A stretch of 64,000 bases of DNA from Bifidobacteriaceae bacterium. Its GTDB lineage: Bacteria > Bacillota > Clostridia > Oscillospirales > Acutalibacteraceae. Under the pieces are notes generated by a model. That model searched no databases and was not told the origin of the DNA. It worked only from the letters and a program-made list of their open reading frames with translations. This document shows positions 9,899 to 19,728 of this stretch, piece by piece (within the stretch, counting starts at the first letter, position 1; the number at the start of each line of letters is the position of its first letter). Made by a program: the position numbers and the translations under genes. The stretch is from positions 15,345 through 79,344 of the forward strand of contig CAVIFY010000002.1 in the NCBI GenBank assembly GCA_963642245.1, read 5' to 3'.

Positions 9899-12271
9899 AT
9901 GGAACTTTCGTTAGAGAACTGCATAGACCTGGTCACCGGCAAGGGCACCTGGCACACCCGGGACTGCGGCGGCAAGGTGCCGTCCATTCACCTGTCCGAC
10001 GGACCCCACGGCCTGCGCAAACAGGCGGAGGGGGTGCTGCAAAATAACAAAAGCGAAGTGAGCACCTGCTTCCCCACCGCAGCGGCTGCCGCGTGCAGCT
10101 GGGACCCGAAAATCACCGCCGCCATTGGTGAAGCCATCGGCAAGGAGGCGTTTAACGCCCGGGTGTCCGTGCTGCTGGGGCCGGGGATCAACATCAAGCG
10201 CTCGCCCCTGTGCGGCCGCAATTTTGAATATTACAGCGAGGATCCGCACCTGGCAGGGCAGCTGGGCAGCAGCTATGTGCAAGCGTTGCAGCGCACCGGC
10301 GTGGCCGCCTGTCTAAAGCACTTTGCCGCCAACAGCCAGGAGACCCACCGCCAAACGGCGGACAGCCGCGTGGATCCCCGCGCCCTGCGAGAGATTTATC
10401 TCTCCGCCTTTGAAACGGTGGTCAAAACCGCCAAGCCCGCCTCCGTCATGGCTGCCTACAACAAGCTAAACGGCACCTACGCCTGCGAAAGCCGGGCGCT
10501 GCTGACGGATATTCTCCGCCGGGAATGGGGCTTTGACGGCGCCGTTATCTCCGACTGGGGCGCCTGTACAGACCTGACCCGGGCACTGCAAGCGGGTATG
10601 GACCTGGAAATGCCGGACAGCCGGGGCATACACAAAAAGCTGCTGCGCCGGGACCTGGCGGCGGGCAAGATCGACCCGGCGACCATTAAAACTGCCGCTC
10701 ACCGGGTGGCAAAGCTGGCAGATACCTACGCGGTGGAGCGCCGTAAGCGACAAACGCCCTATGACACCAACCACCATCACAGCCTGGCGGTACGGTGCGC
10801 AGAAGAAAGCGCCGTGCTGCTGCAAAACGACGGCATTTTGCCCCTGCAAGCCGGGCAATCCGTGGCGGTGATCGGCGCCCTGGCAAAAGAAATGCGCATA
10901 CAAGGGGGCGGCAGCAGCCATATCCACACCCGACCGCTGCAAACGGCGGTAGAGGCCCTGCAAACCGCCGGGCTACAGGTGCACTTTGCACCCGGCTACT
11001 CGGCAGATACGGCCCGGCCGGACCCGGCACTGGAACAGGCGGCGCTGGACCTGGCCCGGCAGCACCAAACGGTGCTGTTCTTTGGCGGGCTGACCGAGCA
11101 CTTTGAGGGTGAGGGCTACGACCGCAAGGCCCTGCAAATGCCAAAGAACCAGCTGGAGTTGGTCGAGAAGATCGCCGCGGTCAATCCGAACATCGTCTTT
11201 GTGTCCTTTAGCGGGGCGCCCTACGATATGGCCTTTGCGCCCCGGGTGCGCGCCATTCTCCACCTGTACCTGGCGGGCGAGGGGGCGGCGGAGGCCTGTG
11301 CCCACCTGCTCACCGGGCAGTGCTGCCCCTGCGGCAAGCTGGCCGAGAGCTTTCCCTACACTGTGGAGGACACCCCCTGCCACGGCCAATTCGCCACCGG
11401 CAGCGACCGGGTGTCCTACCGGGAGAGCCTGTATGTGGGCTATCGGTACTATGACAAATTCCGGGTGCCGGTGCGCTTTGCCTTTGGCCACGGACTGTCT
11501 TACACCACCTTTGCATACAGCGATCCTAAAATCAGCAGCAGCGCATACCGGGGCGGCGATCTGGCGGTGACCTGCACCGTCACCAACACCGGCAGCTGCG
11601 CCGGTGCAGAGATCGTGCAGCTGTATGTACAGAACCCGCCCTGTGGCGCCCTGCGCCCGGAGAAAGAACTGCGGGCCTTTTGCAAAGTGCGACTGCGACC
11701 CGGCGAAAGCCGAGCCGTTACCCTGCACCTGAACCAGCGGAGCTTTTCGGTCTACGACCCGGTGCAAAAGGCATTTTGTATGCCCGGCGGGGACTACACC
11801 CTGTGCCTGGCGGCGGCCGGTGATGATATTCGCCTGACCCTGCCGGTCACGGTAGAGAGCGACTACCGCCTGCCGGACCAACGCGCGGCGCTGGCGCCTT
11901 ATTTTGATCTGTCCGCCAAGCTGCACACCGTAGACCACAAGACCTTTTGCACCCTGTACGGCGCGGACTTCCCGGAAGACGCAGCTACCCCGCCGGGCGG
12001 GTACACCACCGCCAGTTCTCTTGCCCAGTTGGCGGAGCATTCCGGCCCAGCCCGGCAGGTGCTGGCGCTGGTGCGGCGGCTGGCATACCTGCTGTTCCCC
12101 GGCAAGCCCCACGACGACCCGGAGGTGATGATGCTGCTGGAGGGCATACAGGACGGCACCCTGGACAGCGTGGTGTGCCAAAGCGGTGGGCTGGTGCCCT
12201 ATCCCCTGGCCAAGGCGCTGGTGAAAAGCGCCAATAAAGGCAGCAAAAAGGCTGAAAAACTGCACAAATAA
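9899..12271 (+). CDS. Beta-glucosidase, GH3 (BglX-like, 790 aa)
   Basis: Motifs: SDGPHGLRK, GPGINIKRSPLCGRNFEYYSEDP, KHFAANSQE, ISDWGA (nucleophile Asp context) and an FnIII-like domain. GGAGG lies 7 nt before the ATG at 9899. The ORF extension back to 9533 overlaps the AraC gene. Confidence 0.85.
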   Translation: MELSLENCIDLVTGKGTWHTRDCGGKVPSIHLSDGPHGLRKQAEGVLQNNKSEVSTCFPTAAAAACSWDPKITAAIGEAIGKEAFNARVSVLLGPGINIKRSPLCGRNFEYYSEDPHLAGQLGSSYVQALQRTGVAACLKHFAANSQETHRQTADSRVDPRALREIYLSAFETVVKTAKPASVMAAYNKLNGTYACESRALLTDILRREWGFDGAVISDWGACTDLTRALQAGMDLEMPDSRGIHKKLLRRDLAAGKIDPATIKTAAHRVAKLADTYAVERRKRQTPYDTNHHHSLAVRCAEESAVLLQNDGILPLQAGQSVAVIGALAKEMRIQGGGSSHIHTRPLQTAVEALQTAGLQVHFAPGYSADTARPDPALEQAALDLARQHQTVLFFGGLTEHFEGEGYDRKALQMPKNQLELVEKIAAVNPNIVFVSFSGAPYDMAFAPRVRAILHLYLAGEGAAEACAHLLTGQCCPCGKLAESFPYTVEDTPCHGQFATGSDRVSYRESLYVGYRYYDKFRVPVRFAFGHGLSYTTFAYSDPKISSSAYRGGDLAVTCTVTNTGSCAGAEIVQLYVQNPPCGALRPEKELRAFCKVRLRPGESRAVTLHLNQRSFSVYDPVQKAFCMPGGDYTLCLAAAGDDIRLTLPVTVESDYRLPDQRAALAPYFDLSAKLHTVDHKTFCTLYGADFPEDAATPPGGYTTASSLAQLAEHSGPARQVLALVRRLAYLLFPGKPHDDPEVMMLLEGIQDGTLDSVVCQSGGLVPYPLAKALVKSANKGSKKAEKLHK

Positions 12272-12280
12272 TAGAGAAAA

Positions 12281-12313
12281 GAGAGGGTGAATTTTTCACT
12301 CTCTCTGTTTTTA
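12281..12313 (+). terminator. Rho-independent terminator after the GH3 gene
   Basis: GAGAGGGTGA-attt-TCACTCTCTC followed by TGTTTTTA. Confidence 0.7.
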
Positions 12314-12382
12314 TCCCCTGTCCCCGGGGTTTACCTATAGGAAACGCGGGTGTATAATAGTGCCGAATGAAGTGAGGCAACT

Positions 12383-13780
12383 ATGAAAGATACAAAAGCA
12401 AAACCGGATAAAAAGCAAAACAGCGCCACTATGCTGATGACCGAGGGCAAAATTTGGAAACAGCTGCTGGTGTTTGCCGTGCCGCTGATCCTGGGCAATC
12501 TGCTGCAACAGATGTACAACGCGGTGGACTCCATCATTGTCGGCAACTATGTGGGCAGCAACGCTCTGGCCGCCGTTGGCTCCAGCAATGCGCTCATCAA
12601 CCTGCTGATCGCCTTTGCCCAGGGGGCGTCCGTGGGTGCCGGCGTGGTGATCTCCCAGTTCTTAGGCGCCGGGGACACCAAGCGGGTGCACCGGGCGGTC
12701 CACACGGCAGCCACCATTGCCCTGCTGCTGGGCGTGGTGCTCACCGGGGCAGGCATTGCCCTGAGCCGGGTGCTGCTGGTGGCTATGGACACCCCCGCCT
12801 CTGTGCTGGACGACTCGGTGCTGTACCTGCGCATTTACGCCGGCGGTTTTCTCTTTAATGTGGTGTACAATATGGCCACCGGTATTCTCAACGCTGCCGG
12901 CAATTCCCGCCGCCCGCTGCTGTACCTGGGCGCCGCCTCCGTCACCAACATTGTGCTGGACCTGGTGCTGATCGAGGGGTGCAAAATGGGCGTGGCCGGT
13001 GCGGCTGTGGCTACCGATGTGAGCCAGCTGATCTCCTGTCTGCTGGCGGTGAGCTACCTGCTGCGGGTAAAGTCCGATTACAAAATTCGAGTAAAGGACC
13101 TGTGCCTGGACGGCGATATGGCAAGGCGCATTGTCCGGGTGGGGCTACCCACCGGCATACAGAATATGGTCATCAGCTTCTCCAATGTGCTGGTGCAGAC
13201 CAGCGTCAACCACTACGGCGCAATGGCTATGGCCGGGTTCACCGCCTACTTAAAGGTGGACGGCTTTAACATTTTGCCGGTGCTGAGTATCAGTATGGCC
13301 GTCACCACCTTTGTGGGCCAAAACTACGGTGCCGGGAACCTGAAGCGGGTCAAAAGCGGTATGTGGACCGCCCTGCTGATGAGCACCGTTTATACCATAC
13401 TGACCGGCGCGCTGCTGCTGGCGTTCTCCCACCCGGTAATGCGGCTGTTCACCTCGGACAGCGCCGCCATACATTACGGCGTGCTGGCAATGAAATACTT
13501 TTGCCCCTACTATGCGCTGCTGGGGGCACTGAATGTGCTGGCAGGCACCGTGCGCGGCACCGGTAAGAGCATCCCGCCCATGCTCATTCTGCTGTTTTCC
13601 ATGTGCATTTTCCGCATCATTTGGATCCAGCTGGCGGTGCCCCATTATGACAACATCGACGGCGTGTTTATCCTGTACCCTATCTCCTGGGTGATCGGTG
13701 TGGTGCTGATGGCGCTGTACACCTGGAAAGGCCACTGGCTCCACTACGGCAGCGAAAAAGAAAAGCCGAAAGAGGCATAA
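12383..13780 (+). CDS. MATE family efflux transporter
   Basis: 465 aa with about 12 predicted TM segments. The N-terminal signature is IWKQLLVFAVPLILGNLLQQMYNAVDSIIVG. Confidence 0.9.
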   Translation: MKDTKAKPDKKQNSATMLMTEGKIWKQLLVFAVPLILGNLLQQMYNAVDSIIVGNYVGSNALAAVGSSNALINLLIAFAQGASVGAGVVISQFLGAGDTKRVHRAVHTAATIALLLGVVLTGAGIALSRVLLVAMDTPASVLDDSVLYLRIYAGGFLFNVVYNMATGILNAAGNSRRPLLYLGAASVTNIVLDLVLIEGCKMGVAGAAVATDVSQLISCLLAVSYLLRVKSDYKIRVKDLCLDGDMARRIVRVGLPTGIQNMVISFSNVLVQTSVNHYGAMAMAGFTAYLKVDGFNILPVLSISMAVTTFVGQNYGAGNLKRVKSGMWTALLMSTVYTILTGALLLAFSHPVMRLFTSDSAAIHYGVLAMKYFCPYYALLGALNVLAGTVRGTGKSIPPMLILLFSMCIFRIIWIQLAVPHYDNIDGVFILYPISWVIGVVLMALYTWKGHWLHYGSEKEKPKEA

Positions 13781-13787
13781 AAGAAAC

Positions 13788-13825
13788 GCACCTTGTGATC
13801 GTGGGATCGCAAGGTGCATTTTTTA
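13788..13825. terminator. Bidirectional terminator between convergent genes
   Basis: GCACCTTGTGATC-gtgg-GATCGCAAGGTGC followed by ATTTTTTATT. An A-rich run lies upstream. It sits between the stops at 13780 (+) and 13823 (-). Confidence 0.8.
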
Positions 13826-15772
13826 TTGTATCCGTTCAAAATCAAAGGCAAAGTAAGCGTTCTCCCCATACCACAAGGGAAAGTTGGTGCCCCAAATATT
13901 ATTATGCAGGGTAAAGGTCAGGCCCTTTTCCGGCTCCGGCGGCGCATTGTCAAACCGCAGAATATCCCCGGTGCCCACGCTCACCAGCGGCGCGTGGCGG
14001 GAAGTGAGCCGCAGGTCCCCTGCCGTCAGGTACTGCACCGCCGCCACCTTGCGCCCGCCGTTCTCTACAATATCCGCCGGGTCAATGGGTGCGCCCAGCT
14101 TGTATAAAGTGATCTGCCGATCTGCCGGGTAAAACCGCAGCCGAGTGCACTCCGGCAGTCGGTTGGCCGGTTTGTCCAGCCACAGCAGCTCTACCGACAG
14201 CCGATGGGCAGTCAAAGTATAGCGTAGCTGCACCGTCCGCGGGGCGCCCAGTTCCGCCGTGGCATAAGGCTCCGCCGCCAAGGTGGCCAGCAGGGTCACG
14301 CTATCCGCAGCCGTTGCCGCCGTCAGCGCCGTTAGGCGGTAGTCAAATTCCCCCTGCCGATAGCGCCGCCGCAACCGCCAAATTCCCGGCTTGCCAAAGT
14401 CCGGCACCGACCAGTAGAAATTCCGTCTCACATTCCGGCTGTAATGGCGGAACCAATAGGCATAGTCCTTTGCCCCCAGGGCCGTATAGGTCAGGCAGGG
14501 GCGGTCATTCTCCGCCAACACCCGGCGACCGTCCAACTCCAAAAAGGCCGGGCCGCCGTAGGCATTCACCGCCAGCCGACTTTGCCCCACGGTAAACACC
14601 GCACCCGGGGTCACCGCTTGCGGCAAGGGCGCAAAGGGCGCTGTGGGCCGCAAGGGTTCCAGCGCCGCCTGTGCCTCTGCCGCCAAGTCCGCCGGCAGAT
14701 CTGCCAGCGCCCGCTGCAAATACTGCCGCTGCTCCGCCCAGCTGCGCTCCATACGCGCGTAGCCCGGTGCGGTCTGCCGTGCCCGCTCAAAATCCCGGCG
14801 CAAATAGTGCCGGTACTCCCCCAAGCCCACCTTCACATCCATACCGCAGGTGTGCTCCGCCAGGCAAAGCAAGTTGTCTGCCAGGGTGCAATAGGCAGCG
14901 CTGTTCCGCTGCAAGGTGCCCGCTGCCAGCCACTTGTTTTTCAGCCCCATCAGCGTGCGCAGCCCGGCGGATTTGTAAGGATCTGCCCCGCTGCCGTGGA
15001 TCCAGGTGTCGCCGATCTCGCCAGTGATCACCGGCAGCCGGTGCCGCACCGCCCAAATCTGCGGCGCATAATCGTCCAGCGTACCGGCCACCACCCGGTA
15101 GCCCGGGTACTTGGCGGCAATGGCGCGCAGGTTCTGCTCCACCGCTGCCGCACCGCCTGCGCCGTGATTATCCAGCGTGTGGTCAAAGTACAGCACATCC
15201 TCTACCAAATCATTTTGGTACGCGCCGCCGTAGTCGCCGGAGTAGATCACCACCACCTCTGCGCCGTCCACCTGCCACAGAAAGCAGGGCGGCACCTTGG
15301 GCAGGGCAGAGGCGCCGTTGACCCCAATGTGCAGCAGGCGTATGCCTTTCTCTGCCAGCAGGGGCACCAGCGCCCGGGTGTGGCCGGGCACATCTGTCAT
15401 CTTGGCCGCAAGGGTCTTGCGCCCCCGCAAGGCGTCCAGTTCGTCCACCAGCGACAAGCCGTAACGCAGCGTATCCTCGTCCAGCAGCTCCGTATGCAGA
15501 GTAAAGGGCAGTGCGTGGGGCGCAATATTCCCCGCTTGCAGCGCTCGGCGCAGCGCCGCCCGGTTCTCCGGGGTGCCGCTCTCCAGTGCTTCTTTCAGGA
15601 TCCAGCTGCCGGTGGTCCACACAAAGCGCTTTTGGTCGCCGGTATTCAGCGCTGCCGCCGTCTGTACCGCTGCCGGGATAAAATCATTTATGTACTTTTG
15701 GCGCACGGTCTCCGCCATATCTGTAAAGCCCAGATCCAGGTGGGTCTTGGAGACCACGATCACTTTTTTCAT
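13823..15772 (-). CDS. GH38 N-terminal-like / DUF5054-type putative glycoside hydrolase (649 aa)
   Basis: The N-terminus VVSKTHLDLGFTD and the block MTDVPGHT resemble the metal-binding core of the GH38/polysaccharide-deacetylase-like fold. The size (~650 aa) matches what I recall for DUF5054. AAGGAG lies 5 nt before the ATG. The family call is from memory, not a search. Confidence 0.55.
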   Translation of the reverse strand: MKKVIVVSKTHLDLGFTDMAETVRQKYINDFIPAAVQTAAALNTGDQKRFVWTTGSWILKEALESGTPENRAALRRALQAGNIAPHALPFTLHTELLDEDTLRYGLSLVDELDALRGRKTLAAKMTDVPGHTRALVPLLAEKGIRLLHIGVNGASALPKVPPCFLWQVDGAEVVVIYSGDYGGAYQNDLVEDVLYFDHTLDNHGAGGAAAVEQNLRAIAAKYPGYRVVAGTLDDYAPQIWAVRHRLPVITGEIGDTWIHGSGADPYKSAGLRTLMGLKNKWLAAGTLQRNSAAYCTLADNLLCLAEHTCGMDVKVGLGEYRHYLRRDFERARQTAPGYARMERSWAEQRQYLQRALADLPADLAAEAQAALEPLRPTAPFAPLPQAVTPGAVFTVGQSRLAVNAYGGPAFLELDGRRVLAENDRPCLTYTALGAKDYAYWFRHYSRNVRRNFYWSVPDFGKPGIWRLRRRYRQGEFDYRLTALTAATAADSVTLLATLAAEPYATAELGAPRTVQLRYTLTAHRLSVELLWLDKPANRLPECTRLRFYPADRQITLYKLGAPIDPADIVENGGRKVAAVQYLTAGDLRLTSRHAPLVSVGTGDILRFDNAPPEPEKGLTFTLHNNIWGTNFPLWYGENAYFAFDFERIQ

Positions 15773-15791
15773 ACTTTCTCCTTACAGCAAA

Positions 15792-15821
15792 GCAGCCCTC
15801 TTCCAAACGGCAGAGAGCTGC
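15792..15821. other. Intercistronic 10-bp hairpin between transporter and DUF5054 genes
   Basis: GCAGCCCTCT-tccaaacggc-AGAGAGCTGC. The T7 run (15825..15831) lies on the plus-strand side, so on the minus (coding) strand it is not a classical terminator. Confidence 0.4.
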
Positions 15822-15834
15822 GCTGTTTTTTTAT

Positions 15835-17277
15835 TTACTCTTCTGCCGCCACATCGTAGGCTTTGCGCTGCTCCAGCAGTTTTTCGTGAATTTCCGCCTT
15901 GCGGGCGCCGGTGAGTTTGTAGAAGAAGAAGGGCACACCGGCCAGGAACATCATAATACCGTGGAAGATGGTGTAGAAGAAGAGCATCCAGATCTTGGTC
16001 TTCAGGGACTGCATCGTGCCGTCCTGAATGCCCTGCACATAGCCGCAAATGGAGTTGTCGCCGTACAGGATCAGCGGAGACAGGGCACCGGCAATGGTGC
16101 CGCTGACCATGGTAAAAATACCGATCACAAAACCCAGGGAGGCGTCCATGCGCTTGCCGGTCTTCAGCTCAATATCCTCCAGCACATCTGCCTGGAACAT
16201 ATTGGGCAGCAGGTTGGAGGCGCCAAACTGCAAGCCAATCAGGAACAGGAACACGATAAACACGATCTGGAGCGGACCGCCGGAGGTCTCCTGCTTAAAG
16301 TAAGTGTAGCCGATCAGGAACGCGCCGGTGTTTGCGAGCAGCGAGTAAATGCCGCTGGCAATGTACAGCACCCGGGAGTCAAACTTCTTCAGCAGGAAGT
16401 TGATGATCAGCATACCCACAGCGGTGCCGATACCGGTGGGCAGACCGAACAGCAGGAACTTGCTGGAGTCGCCCAGCAGCGCCGCCGCCAGGAAAGTGCC
16501 CATAAAGTTGGCAATGCTGCGAAAGCTCTTTAAGAATTCGGACACAATGATGGTCCAGGCGTATTTGTTGCGCAGAATGTCGCCAAAGCCCTCCAGCGGG
16601 TTCTTGCGCTCATTCTCGTAGGCAATGCGCTCCCGGGTGGCGCTCATACCGCCCAGCATAGTGACAATGCCCATCACGCCGCTGAGCGCGGCACAAAGGA
16701 TAAATTGCAGGGCCTTATTGTCTTTCCAGATCAGGCCCAGCACCAAAATGATCACCAGGGACGCAGAGTTACCCACCGCAGAGACAATGCCCCGAAAGGA
16801 CATCACCGTGTCCCGCTCCCGCAGGTTGGGGGTGAGCACCACAGCCAGGTTGTTGATGGTGCCGCCAAAGGTGTTCATCACACCCCACAGAATGCCCACG
16901 GTGCACAGATAGATCATCAGCAGCGCGCCGGTCAGCCCCTTGGGCACCCAAAAGCTGAGAAACAGCAGCAGCCCCATAGGCACCGCCGCCAACATCACCA
17001 GGGGACGGAACTTGCCCCGCTTGCCGATGGCGCGGCCGTCAATGTACATAACGATAAAGAAGTTCAGTACCCAGGGCACCACGCTCACCAGGGTGTTAAA
17101 CAGCGCCGCCTGGTGCTGATTGATCTGTACCACATCCACCAAAAAGTTGTTGCGGTACTGCCCCACCATACCGGTCATATTGGTATAGAAGAACACAGAC
17201 ACCATGTACCAGATAAATTCGCCGGTGCCGATCTGCTTTTTGTCGGCTGCGGGCGCAGCCATGGTCTTGCCGGACAT
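15835..17277 (-). CDS. Glycoside-pentoside-hexuronide (GPH):cation symporter family transporter (MFS)
   Basis: 480 aa and polytopic. Pattern: YMVSVFFYTNMTG...YIDGRAIGKRGKFRP. It is similar in layout to the two GPH genes at 27.6-31.5 kb. Confidence 0.85.
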   Translation of the reverse strand: MSGKTMAAPAADKKQIGTGEFIWYMVSVFFYTNMTGMVGQYRNNFLVDVVQINQHQAALFNTLVSVVPWVLNFFIVMYIDGRAIGKRGKFRPLVMLAAVPMGLLLFLSFWVPKGLTGALLMIYLCTVGILWGVMNTFGGTINNLAVVLTPNLRERDTVMSFRGIVSAVGNSASLVIILVLGLIWKDNKALQFILCAALSGVMGIVTMLGGMSATRERIAYENERKNPLEGFGDILRNKYAWTIIVSEFLKSFRSIANFMGTFLAAALLGDSSKFLLFGLPTGIGTAVGMLIINFLLKKFDSRVLYIASGIYSLLANTGAFLIGYTYFKQETSGGPLQIVFIVFLFLIGLQFGASNLLPNMFQADVLEDIELKTGKRMDASLGFVIGIFTMVSGTIAGALSPLILYGDNSICGYVQGIQDGTMQSLKTKIWMLFFYTIFHGIMMFLAGVPFFFYKLTGARKAEIHEKLLEQRKAYDVAAEE

Positions 17278-17313
17278 TTAGAAATTCCCCCTTCAAAAAT
17301 GCCGCTTTTGCTT

Positions 17314-18681
17314 TTATTTGGTCAACTGCAAGGTGCAGTCGTAGTCCCGTTGTTGTTCGTCGCCGATCATAGAGAGCACAAAGGCACGCAGATCGGACAG
17401 CTGCGGGTTGCCGACGGCGAGCTTCTTCTCCAAAATATGCAGCACCGGAGACAGTCGGCGCAGCAGGTGATCCAGTGCGTCATACATAGGCGTGCCGGGC
17501 ACATACGGCTCGTTGCCCACAAAGATATTGCGCACCAGCTCCACGCCCACATCCACCACCCGGCGATCGCCGATGGACGGATCCACCCGGAACCAAAACA
17601 GCCGCCCCAGCTTTTTGACCGTCAGCTTTTGCAGCAGTTTGCCCACAGCCGTGACCGGACCTTTCAGCTTTTCCTTGCCTTGACTGCCGCCGAATTTGCC
17701 CATAAAGGTGTCAAAATCCGTCGCCATAGCGTCGATCATATCCGTGATCATACGGTCAAAGCGCCACTGCAAATATTCCGCCGCGGTGCGCCCGCCTTTG
17801 TCATAGTCAAAATCATCAATGGTATAAGAGCGAATATCCACCCGGCCGTCCGGCGCCACCGTCACCTTGCGATAGGCGCAGGGGCAGCCCACAAAGCAGC
17901 CGGTCTGCACATCGGTAATGGTGTTGCCTGCCGGTGAGGTGTGCTCCGTCACCGCCTGGGCGTGCATATGGCCGGTAAAGATCAGCTCCAGCCCGGCGTC
18001 CGCCAGGGTGTTGGCGGTCTGTTCCCAATCGGTCAAGTGGGCGTCGCCGATCAGCCCCATCACTACCGAGAACGGCAGCAGCGGATAGTGGGTCATGGCA
18101 ATGATTCGCTCCCCGGCAGCGTGCGCCGCCTGAATTTGCGCCACCGCCCAGTCCAGCTGGTCCGGCCAAAGGCCCTTAAAGTCCTTGCAGTCGCCGTCAC
18201 AGTTCAGCGCCAGCAGCCGCAGCCCCGGCGCCAGCTGCGCCACATAAGACAGACTCTCCCGGTGCTCCGCAATGGCACCGTCAAAGCCGAATTCCCGGTA
18301 AAAATCCCGCAGATCGCTGCGCTCCATACCGGACACCGGCACCGTGTGGTCGCCCACAAATTCGCAGGGGTTCTCCGCATAATCGTGGCGGGCGGTAATT
18401 AAATAAATTTTCTTTCCGGCTTCTTGCAGACGATAAAGCCGATCTCGAAAGCCCACATGGCTTTGATACTCGCCCCGATACACCAGATCGCCGGGGATCA
18501 GGATCACATTCGTCTCCTTGTCCGCCGCGATCCGGGCAAACCCGGCGTCAATAATGGCCGGGGTCTCCGCCACGCACTTTTGGTCCGTGCGGGAGCGGGC
18601 CTCGTAAGCCGGTCCGCTGCGGCTGAAGGACTCATCAAAATAATGGGGGTCCGTCACTAAGTAAAAGGAAAAATCGCTCAT
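17314..18681 (-). CDS. Calcineurin-like metallophosphoesterase with ~150-aa C-terminal extension
   Basis: Motifs in order: VTDPH, PGDLVYRG, TARHD (variant of GNHD/E), AMTHYP, TGHMHAQ. There is no signal peptide. Confidence 0.75.
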   Translation of the reverse strand: MSDFSFYLVTDPHYFDESFSRSGPAYEARSRTDQKCVAETPAIIDAGFARIAADKETNVILIPGDLVYRGEYQSHVGFRDRLYRLQEAGKKIYLITARHDYAENPCEFVGDHTVPVSGMERSDLRDFYREFGFDGAIAEHRESLSYVAQLAPGLRLLALNCDGDCKDFKGLWPDQLDWAVAQIQAAHAAGERIIAMTHYPLLPFSVVMGLIGDAHLTDWEQTANTLADAGLELIFTGHMHAQAVTEHTSPAGNTITDVQTGCFVGCPCAYRKVTVAPDGRVDIRSYTIDDFDYDKGGRTAAEYLQWRFDRMITDMIDAMATDFDTFMGKFGGSQGKEKLKGPVTAVGKLLQKLTVKKLGRLFWFRVDPSIGDRRVVDVGVELVRNIFVGNEPYVPGTPMYDALDHLLRRLSPVLHILEKKLAVGNPQLSDLRAFVLSMIGDEQQRDYDCTLQLTK

Positions 18682-18777
18682 GGTTCCATCTCCCGGGCAA
18701 AGAAGCCCTATATACTATAAAATATCACAATACAGCCTTTTATACAACTTGATATATCCAACCCCGCTTGCGATTTA

Positions 18778-19575
18778 TCACAATGCGGTCAGCTCACGAA
18801 AGCGGCTGGGCGAATACCCTGTCCCCTGCTTAAAGGCGTAAGAAAAATATTGGGCGTCCGTATAGGACAGCGCGTCTGCAATCTCGCTGACGGTCATTTG
18901 GGTGTTGATCAGATAATCCTTGGCGATCTGCAAGCGACAGTTTTTATAATATTGGTACGGCGTCACGCCGAATTTGGCAGAAAATCGGTTGATAATATGA
19001 TTTTTGGAATAATTCATGGCTCGGCACAGTTCGTCCAGGTCCAGGTGGGTGGTGGCTCGGTTCTCGATCTCCCGCTTAATGCGATCCGCCAGGTCGTACT
19101 CTGCGGTGATCTGCCGGTCATAAATGCGCTGCACCAGGCTGAACAGCACCGGCGCCATGGCGATCTGGGCCTTTTCCTGGTCCTGATTGTTGAACCCCAG
19201 ACTGAACAACCGGGCAAAGGCCTTTTCCACATAACAGCCGGGGAACAGGTAGGTGTCCCGGGGCAAATAGGTGCGCAGCAGGCAGTCCGCCACCGGGCCG
19301 CTAAAGCTGATGAAATACTTGTGCCAGGGGTGCCGGGGGTCCGCATAATAGGTGTGGCGGCTGCCCTCGGTCAGCAGGAACACATCCCCCGCCCCGGGGT
19401 GCAGCACCTGGCCGTTGATCTCCAGGGTGCCGGTGCCGTCCACAATGTATTCCAGGGAGTTCAGGTCGCTGCACGGTCGGCTGATCCGGTACTTGCCGTC
19501 GCACACCGTCTCTCCCACAAAGCGCACCTCCAGCGGTCGCCCGCTCTCCGCAAACAGCTTGATATTCTCATACAT
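18778..19575 (-). CDS. AraC family regulator with N-terminal cupin-like sensor domain
   Basis: The C-terminal HTH pair is LDELCRAMNYSKNHIINRFSAKFG ... VSEIADALSYTDAQYFSYAFKQGTGYSPSRFR. The N-terminal part is beta-rich. Confidence 0.85.
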   Translation of the reverse strand: MYENIKLFAESGRPLEVRFVGETVCDGKYRISRPCSDLNSLEYIVDGTGTLEINGQVLHPGAGDVFLLTEGSRHTYYADPRHPWHKYFISFSGPVADCLLRTYLPRDTYLFPGCYVEKAFARLFSLGFNNQDQEKAQIAMAPVLFSLVQRIYDRQITAEYDLADRIKREIENRATTHLDLDELCRAMNYSKNHIINRFSAKFGVTPYQYYKNCRLQIAKDYLINTQMTVSEIADALSYTDAQYFSYAFKQGTGYSPSRFRELTAL

Positions 19576-19678
19576 TGTGACAATTCACACCTTTCTTCAT
19601 CTATACGACTGTCAGCAGCCGTCTATGTGTGATAATTATAATATAACACAAGCCGGCAGCCACTGCAATCCCGAGGGC

Positions 19679-19715
19679 ATAAAAAAGCGCTCCCCTGCCA
19701 AACACAGGAGAGCGC
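19679..19715 (-). terminator. Rho-independent terminator after the MATE gene
   Basis: On the minus strand: GCGCTCTCCTG-tgtttgg-CAGGGGAGCGC followed by TTTTTTATG. The stem shares the GCTCCCCT/AGGAGAGC core with the repeats at 714 and 2271. Confidence 0.7.
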
Positions 19716-19728
19716 CCGCAGCGCTTAT

